In this document: positions 7,836-16,336 of the stretch, piece after piece
Layout of the letters: each line of letters opens with the position of its first letter
Position numbering within the stretch: position 1 is the first letter of the stretch
Source: Candidatus Wolframiiraptor allenii
GTDB taxonomy: Archaea > Thermoproteota > Nitrososphaeria_A > Caldarchaeales > Wolframiiraptoraceae
NCBI GenBank assembly: GCA_023539495.1
Contig: JAKCEV010000004.1
Location: 1-24,000 of the forward strand
Reading direction: 5' to 3'
DNA length: 24,000 bases
Program-made: the position numbers and the translations under genes
The notes under the pieces: generated by a model
Told to the model about the DNA's origin: nothing
Database searches by the model: none
What the model saw: the letters and a program-made list of their open reading frames with translations, nothing else

Positions 7836-9674
7836 ATGCCGAGGATCGCCGTCCACGTAATAGTTCTGGATGAGGTGATTAGAGGGCTTAAGACAAGTGA
7901 TAATGAGGTCGAGAGAAAGCTCGGCATGATCATGAGTCAACACCGGTCCGCGGCAGTTTTAGGGGCCATCGGGCCCGACCTATTTTTTTGGGCGCCGGAC
8001 TTTGAGGCCACGGGAAAACTCTACAACTTTTACAAGAACTGGAAGACGATCGTGGATCTTTATAATGAGACCATAGGCAAAATTGTCAAGGCTATAGAGG
8101 CTCTAGGGGAGCCTGTGGAGGATGCTGTTGAAAGCTTAACGCCCTCGACAATCAACCTCATGAAGATGCTTATCGAGGAGGTTGATGAGACCATTAGATT
8201 GCTCAGGTCAACGATTGCCACAACGCTCTTTACCGGAGTGATTGAGGGATATAATGCCTTGAGCAACATCTCCGGCTCGCCGAGATTCTTCCACGCACTC
8301 TTCGATGAGCTCATGCCGCCGATGCAGAATGGCAAGAAGGAGTCGGAGTGGTATTGGCTCGACATGCTCCACTACAGGGACACCGGAAGATTCGCCGCGA
8401 ACCTCGTAAGCTCCGCCGAAAGCGATCCCCAGATAGCCTATGCTTTTGGATATCTAACGCATATCGCGACGGATATCGTCGGGCACAGCTACATTAACCA
8501 GATCGTCGGGGGGCCATACAGGATACATCCTCAAAGACACATCACGGTAGAGAACTTCATAGACTCGTGGAAGTTCTATGAGGTTTATCATGAGAGCATA
8601 AACGAGAAGCTCCACAGCATCTTAGAACTACCATCCTCCCCGCCACCCGAGATCATCGACCTGATACATGATTCATTCAAGAAGACCTACGAGGAGAGGC
8701 CGCATCCCAATAGAATCAACAAGTCTTATAATGGCTTCCTGAGGAAAGGAGACATAGCCGCGGCATATGGCATCTATACATTCACAATCGAGATCATGAA
8801 GAGTATTAGCGTAAGGCCACCGGAGGAGCCCTTCAGCGGGGTAATGGACATACTATCAAATGCTTTGAGCGGGATACATGCACCCCCATCCCCACCAAAG
8901 CCCAAAAGAATGTGCGATATGGAGGATATATTCGCCTTAGGCCTGACCGAGCGCTCAAGGGAGTGTTATGAGGAGTTCGCCAAGAGCCTCGAAGAATGGC
9001 TTGAGTATCTTGGAGAGCTGATTGAATGGACCTTCGAAACCATACTCGCGATAGTGGACTTCATCGCCGCCGCGCTTTTATCGCTGGCAATCATCACCCT
9101 GATGGCGATATTATATGCCATCCAGCTATCACTATACACTCTCCTGAGAAACCTCCGGCAGGTATATGTTCTAGCTGGACTACTCTACCCAGAGCCCGAC
9201 GAGCTGGGATCAGCCCACGCGAGAAATATGATAACAAACTATCAATGCGGTAACGTGGTTGGACCCAAGGGATACCCGCGACTCCACTCATGTGATCTGA
9301 ATAACCTCCAGTGCCCCAGCACGGAGATTGAGCAACCTGGAACAATCCCAGCGCTGTCTCCTAGGAGCGCGGAGACGACGCCCAACTCATTCATAATCGG
9401 GGAGGAGTTCAGCCAGCAAACAATAGACTCTATCATACAGTACTCGAGGGCCCCAACCCCCGAGAAGACTAGGGAGCTGGAGATGGCGGGCCACGCCCTA
9501 GGCAATGCTGTAAGCCTCTCGCGCTGGCTAATCCTAAATGCCTTCCTGAAGAATAACTTGGACATCGTCTACACGGACTGGAACCTAGACTCGGACAGGG
9601 GATATGGATACAAATGCTGGTATTGGGATCAGCAAACCGGCAAGGACGCCTATCTACGGATCGTATTCGTCTAA
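7836..9674 (+). CDS. zinc-dependent phospholipase C / P1-nuclease-superfamily-like protein with C-terminal hydrophobic segment
   Basis: 612 aa. The ATG lies 3 nt after the upstream stop, with GGAGGAG 7-13 nt upstream. Motifs GAIGPDLFFW, DMLHYRD, GYLTHIATDIVGH (H209/D213/H217) and RHITVENFID (H235/E239) resemble the Bacillus cereus PLC zinc-ligand motifs LHYLGD..H and HSKYENFVD. A 40-aa hydrophobic stretch lies at aa 398-437, followed by a Cys-containing C-terminal region of about 170 aa. Confidence 0.6.
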   Translation: MPRIAVHVIVLDEVIRGLKTSDNEVERKLGMIMSQHRSAAVLGAIGPDLFFWAPDFEATGKLYNFYKNWKTIVDLYNETIGKIVKAIEALGEPVEDAVESLTPSTINLMKMLIEEVDETIRLLRSTIATTLFTGVIEGYNALSNISGSPRFFHALFDELMPPMQNGKKESEWYWLDMLHYRDTGRFAANLVSSAESDPQIAYAFGYLTHIATDIVGHSYINQIVGGPYRIHPQRHITVENFIDSWKFYEVYHESINEKLHSILELPSSPPPEIIDLIHDSFKKTYEERPHPNRINKSYNGFLRKGDIAAAYGIYTFTIEIMKSISVRPPEEPFSGVMDILSNALSGIHAPPSPPKPKRMCDMEDIFALGLTERSRECYEEFAKSLEEWLEYLGELIEWTFETILAIVDFIAAALLSLAIITLMAILYAIQLSLYTLLRNLRQVYVLAGLLYPEPDELGSAHARNMITNYQCGNVVGPKGYPRLHSCDLNNLQCPSTEIEQPGTIPALSPRSAETTPNSFIIGEEFSQQTIDSIIQYSRAPTPEKTRELEMAGHALGNAVSLSRWLILNAFLKNNLDIVYTDWNLDSDRGYGYKCWYWDQQTGKDAYLRIVFV

Positions 9675-9727
9675 GCAAGCCAGCTAAATAACACCACCCC
9701 CTCTTCAGAAGACCTAAGGGATAATAC

Positions 9728-9735
9728 TTTTAATA
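9728..9735 (+). promoter_or_regulatory. TATA-box-like element upstream of tRNA-Ala
   Basis: TTTTAATA ends 25 nt before the tRNA 5' end (9761). Confidence 0.5.
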
Positions 9736-9760
9736 GGAGGCGGGTTTGCTGGAGATCTTT

Positions 9761-9851
9761 GGGCCGGTAGCTCAGCCTGGGAGAGCTTCTAGGCCCCATA
9801 AGCGTCCGCCTTGCACGCGGGAGGTCGCGGGTTCAAATCCCGCCCGGTCCA
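9761..9851 (+). tRNA. tRNA-Ala (anticodon UGC) with a 17-nt non-canonical insertion between the D arm and anticodon stem
   Basis: Hand-folded cloverleaf. The acceptor stem 9761-9767 pairs with 9844-9850 and includes G3:U70. D arm 9770-9786. Anticodon arm 9805-9821 (TCCGC CTTGCAC GCGGG). Variable loop AGGTC. T arm 9827-9843 (GCGGG TTCAAAT CCCGC). Discriminator A at 9851. No CCA is encoded. 18 nt (9787-9804) occupy the place of the single nucleotide 26. Confidence 0.85.
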
Positions 9852-9854
9852 TTA

Positions 9855-9859
9855 TTTTT
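9855..9859 (+). terminator. oligo-T run after the tRNA
   Basis: TTTTT begins 4 nt after the tRNA 3' end. Archaeal termination commonly uses oligo-T tracts. Confidence 0.35.
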
Positions 9860-10027
9860 AACCATCTTTGATCATCCCTCCTACTAATTACTTCGATTTC
9901 GATTAAGGGGTGCTGTAATTAGTTTAGGATTACTTACTCCGCCTAATTCTTCCAGCGATTACATGTTCATGAAAATTTTTACCTAACTTCTTTGACTCTC
10001 TATAGCTCTGAGGGTGGGGGTGGCATC

Positions 10028-10549
10028 TTGCCTTTTACCCCTTTCCACCTTGGCCCCGGCCTAGGTCTTGGTTTACCATTAAGGAAGTATATTCATGTCC
10101 CAACATTTATTTTGGCTAATGTTATTGTGGATGTTGAGCCTTTCTTAGTCCTTCTATTCGGGTTAAGATATCCCTTGCATGGATACTTGCATACTTTCTT
10201 GCTGGCTTTTCCAATTGGTCTGGCCTTAGGCTGTATCACGTATCTTTTTGAAAGATTTCTGAAACCATTTTACAAGATTATTTTGTTGGAGACAGATGTA
10301 GATCTAGGCTTTAAGTCATTTATTATCGCAGGCGTATTTGGAACCGAGCTTCATGTTTTGCTTGACGCTCCCCTTTATGGTGACATAGAGCCGCTCTATC
10401 CAATTATCGCAAACCCCCTTCACAATCCATCCCTCGCGCCGGAAATCTACGGCCTGTGTGTTTGGATGGGGGTGTTCGGGATAGTTTACTATTTCATGTT
10501 GATGAGCATCTCAATCCATGGAAGACTATTAGCGAGGAGGCTAGCATAG
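10028..10549 (+). CDS. polytopic membrane protein, possible membrane-bound metal-dependent hydrolase (DUF4184/DUF457-like)
   Basis: The ORF track starts at TTG 9992. TTG at 10028 gives an N-terminus (L)PFTPFHLGPG, resembling the MPFTxSH start recalled for DUF4184 proteins. Several TM helices and His-rich motifs are present (YPLHGYLHTF, ELHVLLD). The family assignment is from memory only. Confidence 0.5.
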   Translation: MPFTPFHLGPGLGLGLPLRKYIHVPTFILANVIVDVEPFLVLLFGLRYPLHGYLHTFLLAFPIGLALGCITYLFERFLKPFYKIILLETDVDLGFKSFIIAGVFGTELHVLLDAPLYGDIEPLYPIIANPLHNPSLAPEIYGLCVWMGVFGIVYYFMLMSISIHGRLLARRLA

Positions 10550-10563
10550 AACATCTGTTAATG

Positions 10564-12351
10564 TCATGTGGATAGATAGTAGTATTCTCCTTGTTCTTTC
10601 TGGATTTTGTCAAGTTGTGAGCCCGGCTTGTTTGCTCTTGGTCTTCCGGTCTCCGGGTCTCTTCTGAATGTTATGCCAACTTCTTTTAGGAACTGGTTAA
10701 ATCCTGTTTTCAGGTCGGTTGGCGGGTTTGCGATGCCGCGTATCCCCGGTTCTCCTGTGAAGACCATTAACCTTGTCGAGGCAAAGTCTAGAACCATGAG
10801 GTCGTGTTCTACGAGGAAGATGTAAGCTCTTCTATCCCTCGCGATTCTTCTAAGATATCTTGCTATAGAATATCTCTCCTCCACATCTAGATACGCACTT
10901 GGCTCGTCCAGAAGATAGATCTCCGCGTCCTTTGATAATGCCTCCGCCACTGAGACCTTCTGGAGCTCTCCGCCGCTTAGCTCGCTCATGTTCCTGTCGA
11001 GAAGTCTCTCCAGCTGGAGAGGCTCGATCACCTCGCTCCAGTATAGCTCCGTCTCGAACCTTGGCCCGGCTGCATTCCTCAGTGCCTTCTCCACGATTAT
11101 GTCCCTAGGCTCGGGGTACTGGGGCTTATAGCTCACGGACTTATACTCTAGCTTATAGCCGTCATCGCACTCCTCCACGCCCGCGAGGAGCTTAATGAAC
11201 GTCGTCTTACCTATGCCATTGGGGCCCAGTATTCCGATGACCTCACCCGGATATATTCGGCCACCCCTAACCTCCAGCCTAAACCCATCATAAGTCTTAG
11301 TCATCTCAGGCCACTCAAGCGGCATGCCACCCTCGACAATCCCCTGCTGCGATGGGGGCCTAACATGGAAGGCTATTCTCTCTGACCTAAACCTGACGTT
11401 ATCCGTCGGGATATAGCCGTTTAGGAAGATGTTTATCCCCTCCCTAACGCCGAACGGCCCTGAGACCACCCCGAAGATCCCGGTCCTACCATAAAGTATG
11501 AAGACCTTGTCCGAGAGATAGTCGAGGACGGCGAGGTCGTGGTCGCAGACAATTATCCTGACATCATCGCCGAGCATTGATCTTATCGCTGCGGCGGCTC
11601 TAAGCCTCTGCCTTATATCCAAGAAGCTGGATGGCTCATCTATGATGAATGTGTTCGCGTCCTTAGCTAGGCATGCAGCGAGGGCGAGCCTCTGAAGCTC
11701 CCCACCACTGAGGGCTGAGACCTCTCGATCCAGCAAGTGCCCGAGCTCAAAGAGCTCGATAACTTTATCCAGCTTACCGGGGCTTGCGACACGCCTGAGA
11801 ACCTCCCCAACCTTACCCTTGACGACTTTCGGTATCTTCTCGATATACTGTGGCTTGTAGCTTATCCTGATCTCGCCTCTAGCTATCCTAGCGAAGTAAT
11901 CTTGGAGCAGCGTTCCCCTAAATTGCCTCGCGAGCTCTTCATAGCTCGGCTCGCTTGAGTCGAATCTCCCAAGGTTCGGCTTAATGATGTTGGCGAGTAT
12001 TTGGAGGGCGGTGGTCTTACCAGTTCCATTCTTGCCGACTAGGCCGATAACCACGCCGGGCTCAGGGTATGGAAGCCTATATAGTCTGAAAGTATTCGGC
12101 CCATACTGGTGGACGAGATCGAACTCGAGCTCTTGTGGAAGGTTGACAATCGTGATCGCCTTAAAGGGGCACTTGGCAGCGCAGATTCCACAGCCGATGC
12201 ATAGCAGCTCGACGATTACTGGATAGCCGTCCTCACCCATTTTAACAACTTCGACGCCGCTCCTCACTTTAGGACAGAACCTAATACACTCTAACCCGCA
12301 CTTTTTCGGATCACACTTCTCCCTGTCGATGACGGCTACCCTGAGCTGCAT
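10564..12351 (-). CDS. abce1: ABCE1 / RNase L inhibitor homolog (ribosome recycling ATPase)
   Basis: N-terminal Fe-S domain (CDPKKCGLECIRFCP and CIGCGICAAKCP). Two ABC cassettes follow: GLVGKNGTGKTT / LSGGELQR / FIIDEPSSFLD and GILGPNGIGKTT / LSGGELQK / YLLDEPSAYLD. Length is 595 aa. Confidence 0.95.
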   Translation of the reverse strand: MQLRVAVIDREKCDPKKCGLECIRFCPKVRSGVEVVKMGEDGYPVIVELLCIGCGICAAKCPFKAITIVNLPQELEFDLVHQYGPNTFRLYRLPYPEPGVVIGLVGKNGTGKTTALQILANIIKPNLGRFDSSEPSYEELARQFRGTLLQDYFARIARGEIRISYKPQYIEKIPKVVKGKVGEVLRRVASPGKLDKVIELFELGHLLDREVSALSGGELQRLALAACLAKDANTFIIDEPSSFLDIRQRLRAAAAIRSMLGDDVRIIVCDHDLAVLDYLSDKVFILYGRTGIFGVVSGPFGVREGINIFLNGYIPTDNVRFRSERIAFHVRPPSQQGIVEGGMPLEWPEMTKTYDGFRLEVRGGRIYPGEVIGILGPNGIGKTTFIKLLAGVEECDDGYKLEYKSVSYKPQYPEPRDIIVEKALRNAAGPRFETELYWSEVIEPLQLERLLDRNMSELSGGELQKVSVAEALSKDAEIYLLDEPSAYLDVEERYSIARYLRRIARDRRAYIFLVEHDLMVLDFASTRLMVFTGEPGIRGIANPPTDLKTGFNQFLKEVGITFRRDPETGRPRANKPGSQLDKIQKEQGEYYYLST

Positions 12352-12359
12352 ATTCCGCG

Positions 12360-13727
12360 CTATGCTCCCCTGCTAAGCCTCCTTATAGTTTCCCTTATCA
12401 TGTCCTCTGCCTCGCCCACTATCTCGCTCAGCCTCTTCTCCGTCCTCGCCTCAGCCGTCATCTTTACTTGAGGCATGGTGTTGGATTGTCTAACTAGGAT
12501 CCAGCCATCATCAAAATATGCCTTTACGCCATCTATCGTGCTCACCTTGAGGCCTTTCTCTCTATAGTATCTCGCGATTTCCTCCACGACCCTGTCCTTC
12601 AGCTCATCTGGGCACTCGAATGTCCTTATCGGTATAGATGGATATTTAGGTATCTCATCAACGAGCCTGGAGAGCTTCTTACCTGCCCTCGCAACTATCT
12701 CTGCCATCCTAATGGTCGCATAGACCGCGTCATCAAAGCCCCAGATCTCGGGGAAGTAGAAGTGGTTGCTCTTCTCGCCGCCGATGACCGCGTTCAGCTC
12801 CCTGACAGCGTTTAAGAGGAAGGCCCTACCAACCCTCATCTCGACAGGCTCGCATCCTTTCTCAAGAATAATCTCCCTAAGGGCACTGCTGCTTGACACG
12901 TCATACACTACCTTACCCCGCTTATCCAAGTGCTTAACATAGATTGCGAGCGTGATGTCTCCCGGGATTATCCTGCCTAGATCATCCACGAAGACAACTC
13001 TATCCCCATCACCATCAAATCCAGCCCCAAAATCCGCTCCCGACTCGACCACAAGCCGCTGTAGATCCTTTAGTGTCTCTTCGGTGGGCTCGGGGAGGTG
13101 GCCCGGGAAGCGGCCATCAGGCACATCATTTATGCTAACGATCTCTATTCCAAGCCTCTCCGCTATCTTTGGGAAGGGTATCGCAGCCGCCCCATTAGAG
13201 TAGTCCACCGCGATCCTCATGCGGGCATCTATCTTAAACCTCGAGGACATGAACTCGATATAGGGCATGAGTATATCAGCCCTCTCGATCTTTCCCGGCC
13301 TCTTACACTCCCTGAACCTTCTATTGATTACCATGTCCTTTAGTTGCTCCATCCCGGCTCCGGCCGAGAGCGTCGCGCCCCCCGGCTTCACGATCTTAAA
13401 CCCATTCCACTCGGGCGGGTTATGGCTTGCTGTAACCTGAACACCCCCATCAACCTTGAAATAAACTGTCGAGAAGTATAGCATGGGCGTCGAGACCATC
13501 CCAACATCCAGCACGTCGCATCCAGCTCTGGTCAAGCCCCTTGCCAAACCCCTCACAAGCACTTCTCCACCTATCCTAACATCCCTGCCAACAACAACCC
13601 TACCACGATTACCGAGAAATGTCCCATAGGCTAGGCCAATAAGCTCTGCGACCTCCTCATCCAGATCCTGCCCATAGACTCCCCTAATGTCATAGGCCCT
13701 GAAGATATGCGGCTTCACGGAAACCAT
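12360..13727 (-). CDS. phosphohexomutase (phosphomannomutase / phosphoglucosamine mutase family)
   Basis: Active-site loop TASHNPPEWNGFK, Mg-binding GFDGDGDR, and sugar-binding GGEKSNH. Length is 455 aa. Confidence 0.9.
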   Translation of the reverse strand: MVSVKPHIFRAYDIRGVYGQDLDEEVAELIGLAYGTFLGNRGRVVVGRDVRIGGEVLVRGLARGLTRAGCDVLDVGMVSTPMLYFSTVYFKVDGGVQVTASHNPPEWNGFKIVKPGGATLSAGAGMEQLKDMVINRRFRECKRPGKIERADILMPYIEFMSSRFKIDARMRIAVDYSNGAAAIPFPKIAERLGIEIVSINDVPDGRFPGHLPEPTEETLKDLQRLVVESGADFGAGFDGDGDRVVFVDDLGRIIPGDITLAIYVKHLDKRGKVVYDVSSSSALREIILEKGCEPVEMRVGRAFLLNAVRELNAVIGGEKSNHFYFPEIWGFDDAVYATIRMAEIVARAGKKLSRLVDEIPKYPSIPIRTFECPDELKDRVVEEIARYYREKGLKVSTIDGVKAYFDDGWILVRQSNTMPQVKMTAEARTEKRLSEIVGEAEDMIRETIRRLSRGA

Positions 13728-13982
13728 AATTATCCACTACCAAAAACTGCTCAGTCTTAACTTTAAGTATATTCCCTTATTGGTTTTTGGGAAAGTGTTT
13801 AAGACCATAGACCTAAAGACCTAACATAATCCAGTATCTCGCTTATCGTCCGCCTAGCTCCACGCTTCTCTATCACCTCCAACCCCCAGCATGGAGGAGT
13901 CATGAATCCATGTATGGTAGGAAAAAGGGTTCCCTGCGGCTTTCACAGCTACGAGGACATGTTGGTCAGCCCATCTTCATAT

Positions 13983-14002
13983 TTTTCTAAGGTTTTCTAA
14001 GG
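13983..14002. repeat. tandem duplication of the 10-mer TTTTCTAAGG (a third exact copy lies at 14407-14416)
   Basis: Read directly: TTTTCTAAGGTTTTCTAAGG. The identical 10-mer recurs at 14407-14416, on the other side of the small gene 14161-14337. Confidence 0.7.
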
Positions 14003-14160
14003 CCGAGTATGGCCAAAACGAGCCAGAACATGGCTCAGCTATGATGCCGCACGGGCTTGTTCATCACGCTTAATATACCTTTCTCAGGCCCCAGAAGCTA
14101 GGAAAAACCCGGAGTAAAGCTAAATTTATGGGCTTGAAAAACACGAATAATTGAGGAAAC

Positions 14161-14337
14161 ATGCCCCGTGAAAGGATTGTAGTGGAATCAAAGGTGCGGG
14201 AGCTTCTGCCAGAGGGAATACGCCTCGCATCCGATGCTCTCGACGGGCTCGACCAAGCCGTCAGAGAACTGATAAACAAGGCCGTGCAAAGATGCAAGGC
14301 GAATGGAAGAAAGACGATAATTAAGGAGGACTTCTAA
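14161..14337 (+). CDS. small histone-fold-like protein (DUF1931-like)
   Basis: This 58-aa ORF is below the ORF-track cutoff: MPRERIVVESKVRELLPEGIRLASDALDGLDQAVRELINKAVQRCKANGRKTIIKEDF. The segment RLASDAL...A..NGRKTIIKEDF resembles the archaeal histone / DUF1931 pattern (RVS.DA ... AGRKTIKAEDI). GAGG lies 6-9 nt upstream of the ATG, and AAATTTAT lies about 35 nt upstream. Confidence 0.6.
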   Translation: MPRERIVVESKVRELLPEGIRLASDALDGLDQAVRELINKAVQRCKANGRKTIIKEDF

Positions 14338-14439
14338 CATTCCCAAAATTTTCTTTCATCAAGAATGGAAAAGATACAACCCGCCGCTAATTAAGGCAGT
14401 ACTATCTTTTCTAAGGTATTAAGAGAGGTAAAAACCTAC

Positions 14440-15093
14440 TCAGTTAGAATTATATTTTTCGGAAATCGCTCTGAAGATTAGGGCTACAGCCACAGCTCCC
14501 GGATCTGGGTAGCCGAGGGTTTTCTCCCCCAAGTAACTTGCCTTACCCTTTTTAGCTATCATCTCCCTTGTAGCTTCTGCACCTTTTTGAGCGGCTTCAG
14601 CAGCTTTTTCAAATGCCTCTTTCAATGAGCCGCCAGCTCTCGCAACAGCCTCTAGGGCTTCTATGGCTGGCGCTAGTGCATCAACCATAGTCTTATCCCC
14701 GGGTTTAGCTCCGCCAAGTTTCATTATCGTATCAAGTGATGCTTTAAAAGCCTTCGCAAGCTCCACTAGATCGGCCTCCTTCTTACCTTTCAATCTCATT
14801 CCAGCTGAGCTAAATAATGCCCCAAATACCGCTCCTGACGCGCCCCCAACAGTGGCAGTAATCGCGAAACCAGCCTTCATCAACAACTCCCCTAAATCAT
14901 CACCTTCATAGCTCCCAACTTGCTGTTTAACATTAGTGAATCCCCTTAACATTCCAATCCCGAAGTCGCCGTCACCACACGCCCTATCCAAGTCGGTTAA
15001 GCAGCCCTCCTCCGATATCACAACATCCGAGATATGCAGCAGTATCTCTTTCATTTTCTTGCAAGAGATACGATCCTCAGTCAATCTTAGCAC
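14440..15093 (-). CDS. dhaL: dihydroxyacetone kinase, ADP-binding subunit DhaL
   Basis: Motifs LTDLDRACGDGDFG and GGASGAVFG, with an all-helical Ala-rich sequence. GTG start at 15093, 25 nt after the dhaK stop. Confidence 0.85.
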   Translation of the reverse strand: MLRLTEDRISCKKMKEILLHISDVVISEEGCLTDLDRACGDGDFGIGMLRGFTNVKQQVGSYEGDDLGELLMKAGFAITATVGGASGAVFGALFSSAGMRLKGKKEADLVELAKAFKASLDTIMKLGGAKPGDKTMVDALAPAIEALEAVARAGGSLKEAFEKAAEAAQKGAEATREMIAKKGKASYLGEKTLGYPDPGAVAVALIFRAISEKYNSN

Positions 15094-15118
15094 CTCTCGT
15101 CAGCAAGGGACATATTGC

Positions 15119-16150
15119 TTATTTAAGCTTTGATTGGAGCTCCGGACATATTCTGACGATTGGCGTGTAAGCTGGGGCATCACAAAGCTCCTTCAACTCG
15201 TCATCTAGCCTAAGGATACTAATCGTTGCACCCGCCATCTCCTGCGTGGTTAAAAAATTGCCAACATCGACATGATGAATCTCCACTCCAATATTAGCCA
15301 GTATCTGCACGGCTTTCCTCGTAACTATATACAGCTCCATTAGAGTGGTGGAGCCACACCCATTGATGAGCATGTTAACCTCGTCTCCACTTCTTAATGG
15401 AAGATCCCTTAATATCTCCTTAACAATTATTTCCGTCACCTCATCCGCGGGTTTAATCTTTGTAAGGAGGACGCCCTTCTCTCCATGAGCGCCTATCCCG
15501 AAATATATCTCATCTTCGCCAAGCTCGAAGGTTGGTTTTCCTGTCGCCGGAATTGTGCCAGGCGCCAAGGCTACACCAAATGAACGGACATTTTCTCTAG
15601 CCTTCTCAGCCACCCTCTTGACCTCCTTAAGATCCGCACCCCATATCTCTGCCGCTGCGCCAGCACATTTATACACGTAAAAACCTCCAGCTATCCCCCG
15701 CCTCTCCATCTTCCTCTCAGGCGGCGCTGATGAGATATCATCCCAATACGGTATAATCTCCACCTCGATTCCGTCTGCCTCAGCCATTTGAGCGGCTAAG
15801 CCGAAGTTCATATTATCACCAGCATAGTTGCCGTAAATGTAGATCACGCCAGCGCCGCCATCTATTGCCCTTGTAGCTTCCAAGATGTTGGGAGGCGTCG
15901 GCGCAGCGAAAACCTCCCCATAAACTGCTCCATCGCACATGCCATAGCCGACATATCCTATGAATAGCGGTTCATGCCCACTTCCACCACCACTCAGAAT
16001 AGCAACCTTCCCCTTCACCGGCGCGTCCTTTCTAACAACAGCATGTGTGCCAACTTTTCTCACGATATGAGAATACGCTTTCACAAAACCCTCAAGCTCT
16101 TCCACAGTAACATTTAGTGGATCATTTATCAGTTTTTTAGCCCTTGTCAT
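15119..16150 (-). CDS. dhaK: dihydroxyacetone kinase, substrate-binding subunit DhaK
   Basis: Motifs KKLINDP, SGGGSGHEP and GIGAHGEKG. ATG at 16150 is preceded by GGTGGGG (SD-like) and is preferred over GTG at 16174. Confidence 0.9.
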   Translation of the reverse strand: MTRAKKLINDPLNVTVEELEGFVKAYSHIVRKVGTHAVVRKDAPVKGKVAILSGGGSGHEPLFIGYVGYGMCDGAVYGEVFAAPTPPNILEATRAIDGGAGVIYIYGNYAGDNMNFGLAAQMAEADGIEVEIIPYWDDISSAPPERKMERRGIAGGFYVYKCAGAAAEIWGADLKEVKRVAEKARENVRSFGVALAPGTIPATGKPTFELGEDEIYFGIGAHGEKGVLLTKIKPADEVTEIIVKEILRDLPLRSGDEVNMLINGCGSTTLMELYIVTRKAVQILANIGVEIHHVDVGNFLTTQEMAGATISILRLDDELKELCDAPAYTPIVRICPELQSKLK

Positions 16151-16336
16151 ATTAACCCCACCTATAAGAATCACCCAAGTACCTTGAGCATAATAGTGGA
16201 AGATAAAGCTTTCTTGCTAAAAGATAAAAATAATGCCTAGAAATATCGCCGAGGCTACTTCAAAATACTAATTCTTCACCACTTAAAAATCACAATAAAG
16301 AAAGAGAAGAAAGTGGGCATAAGTCTGCTATTTCAG

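Noticed and set aside
9852-10560. Integrated mobile element at the tRNA-Ala gene
   Set aside because: No integrase or transposase gene was seen, and I could not find a direct repeat of the tRNA 3' end in the window. This is kept only as a low-interest compositional observation.
13983-14002. CRISPR-like or minisatellite array
   Set aside because: There are only two tandem 10-bp units with no spacers. This is far too short for a CRISPR array, and no cas genes are present in the window.
14035-14067. Possible C/D box sRNA on the minus strand (GTGATGA ... CTGA)
   Set aside because: Only 22 nt separate the C-like and D-like boxes, too short for the C-guide-D'-C'-guide-D layout. No internal D'/C' boxes or terminal stem are present.
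14070-14297. 75-aa minus-strand ORF from the track
   Set aside because: It overlaps the plus-strand 58-aa ORF, which has histone-fold-like motifs and SD and TATA-like signals. The minus-strand product has no recognisable features.
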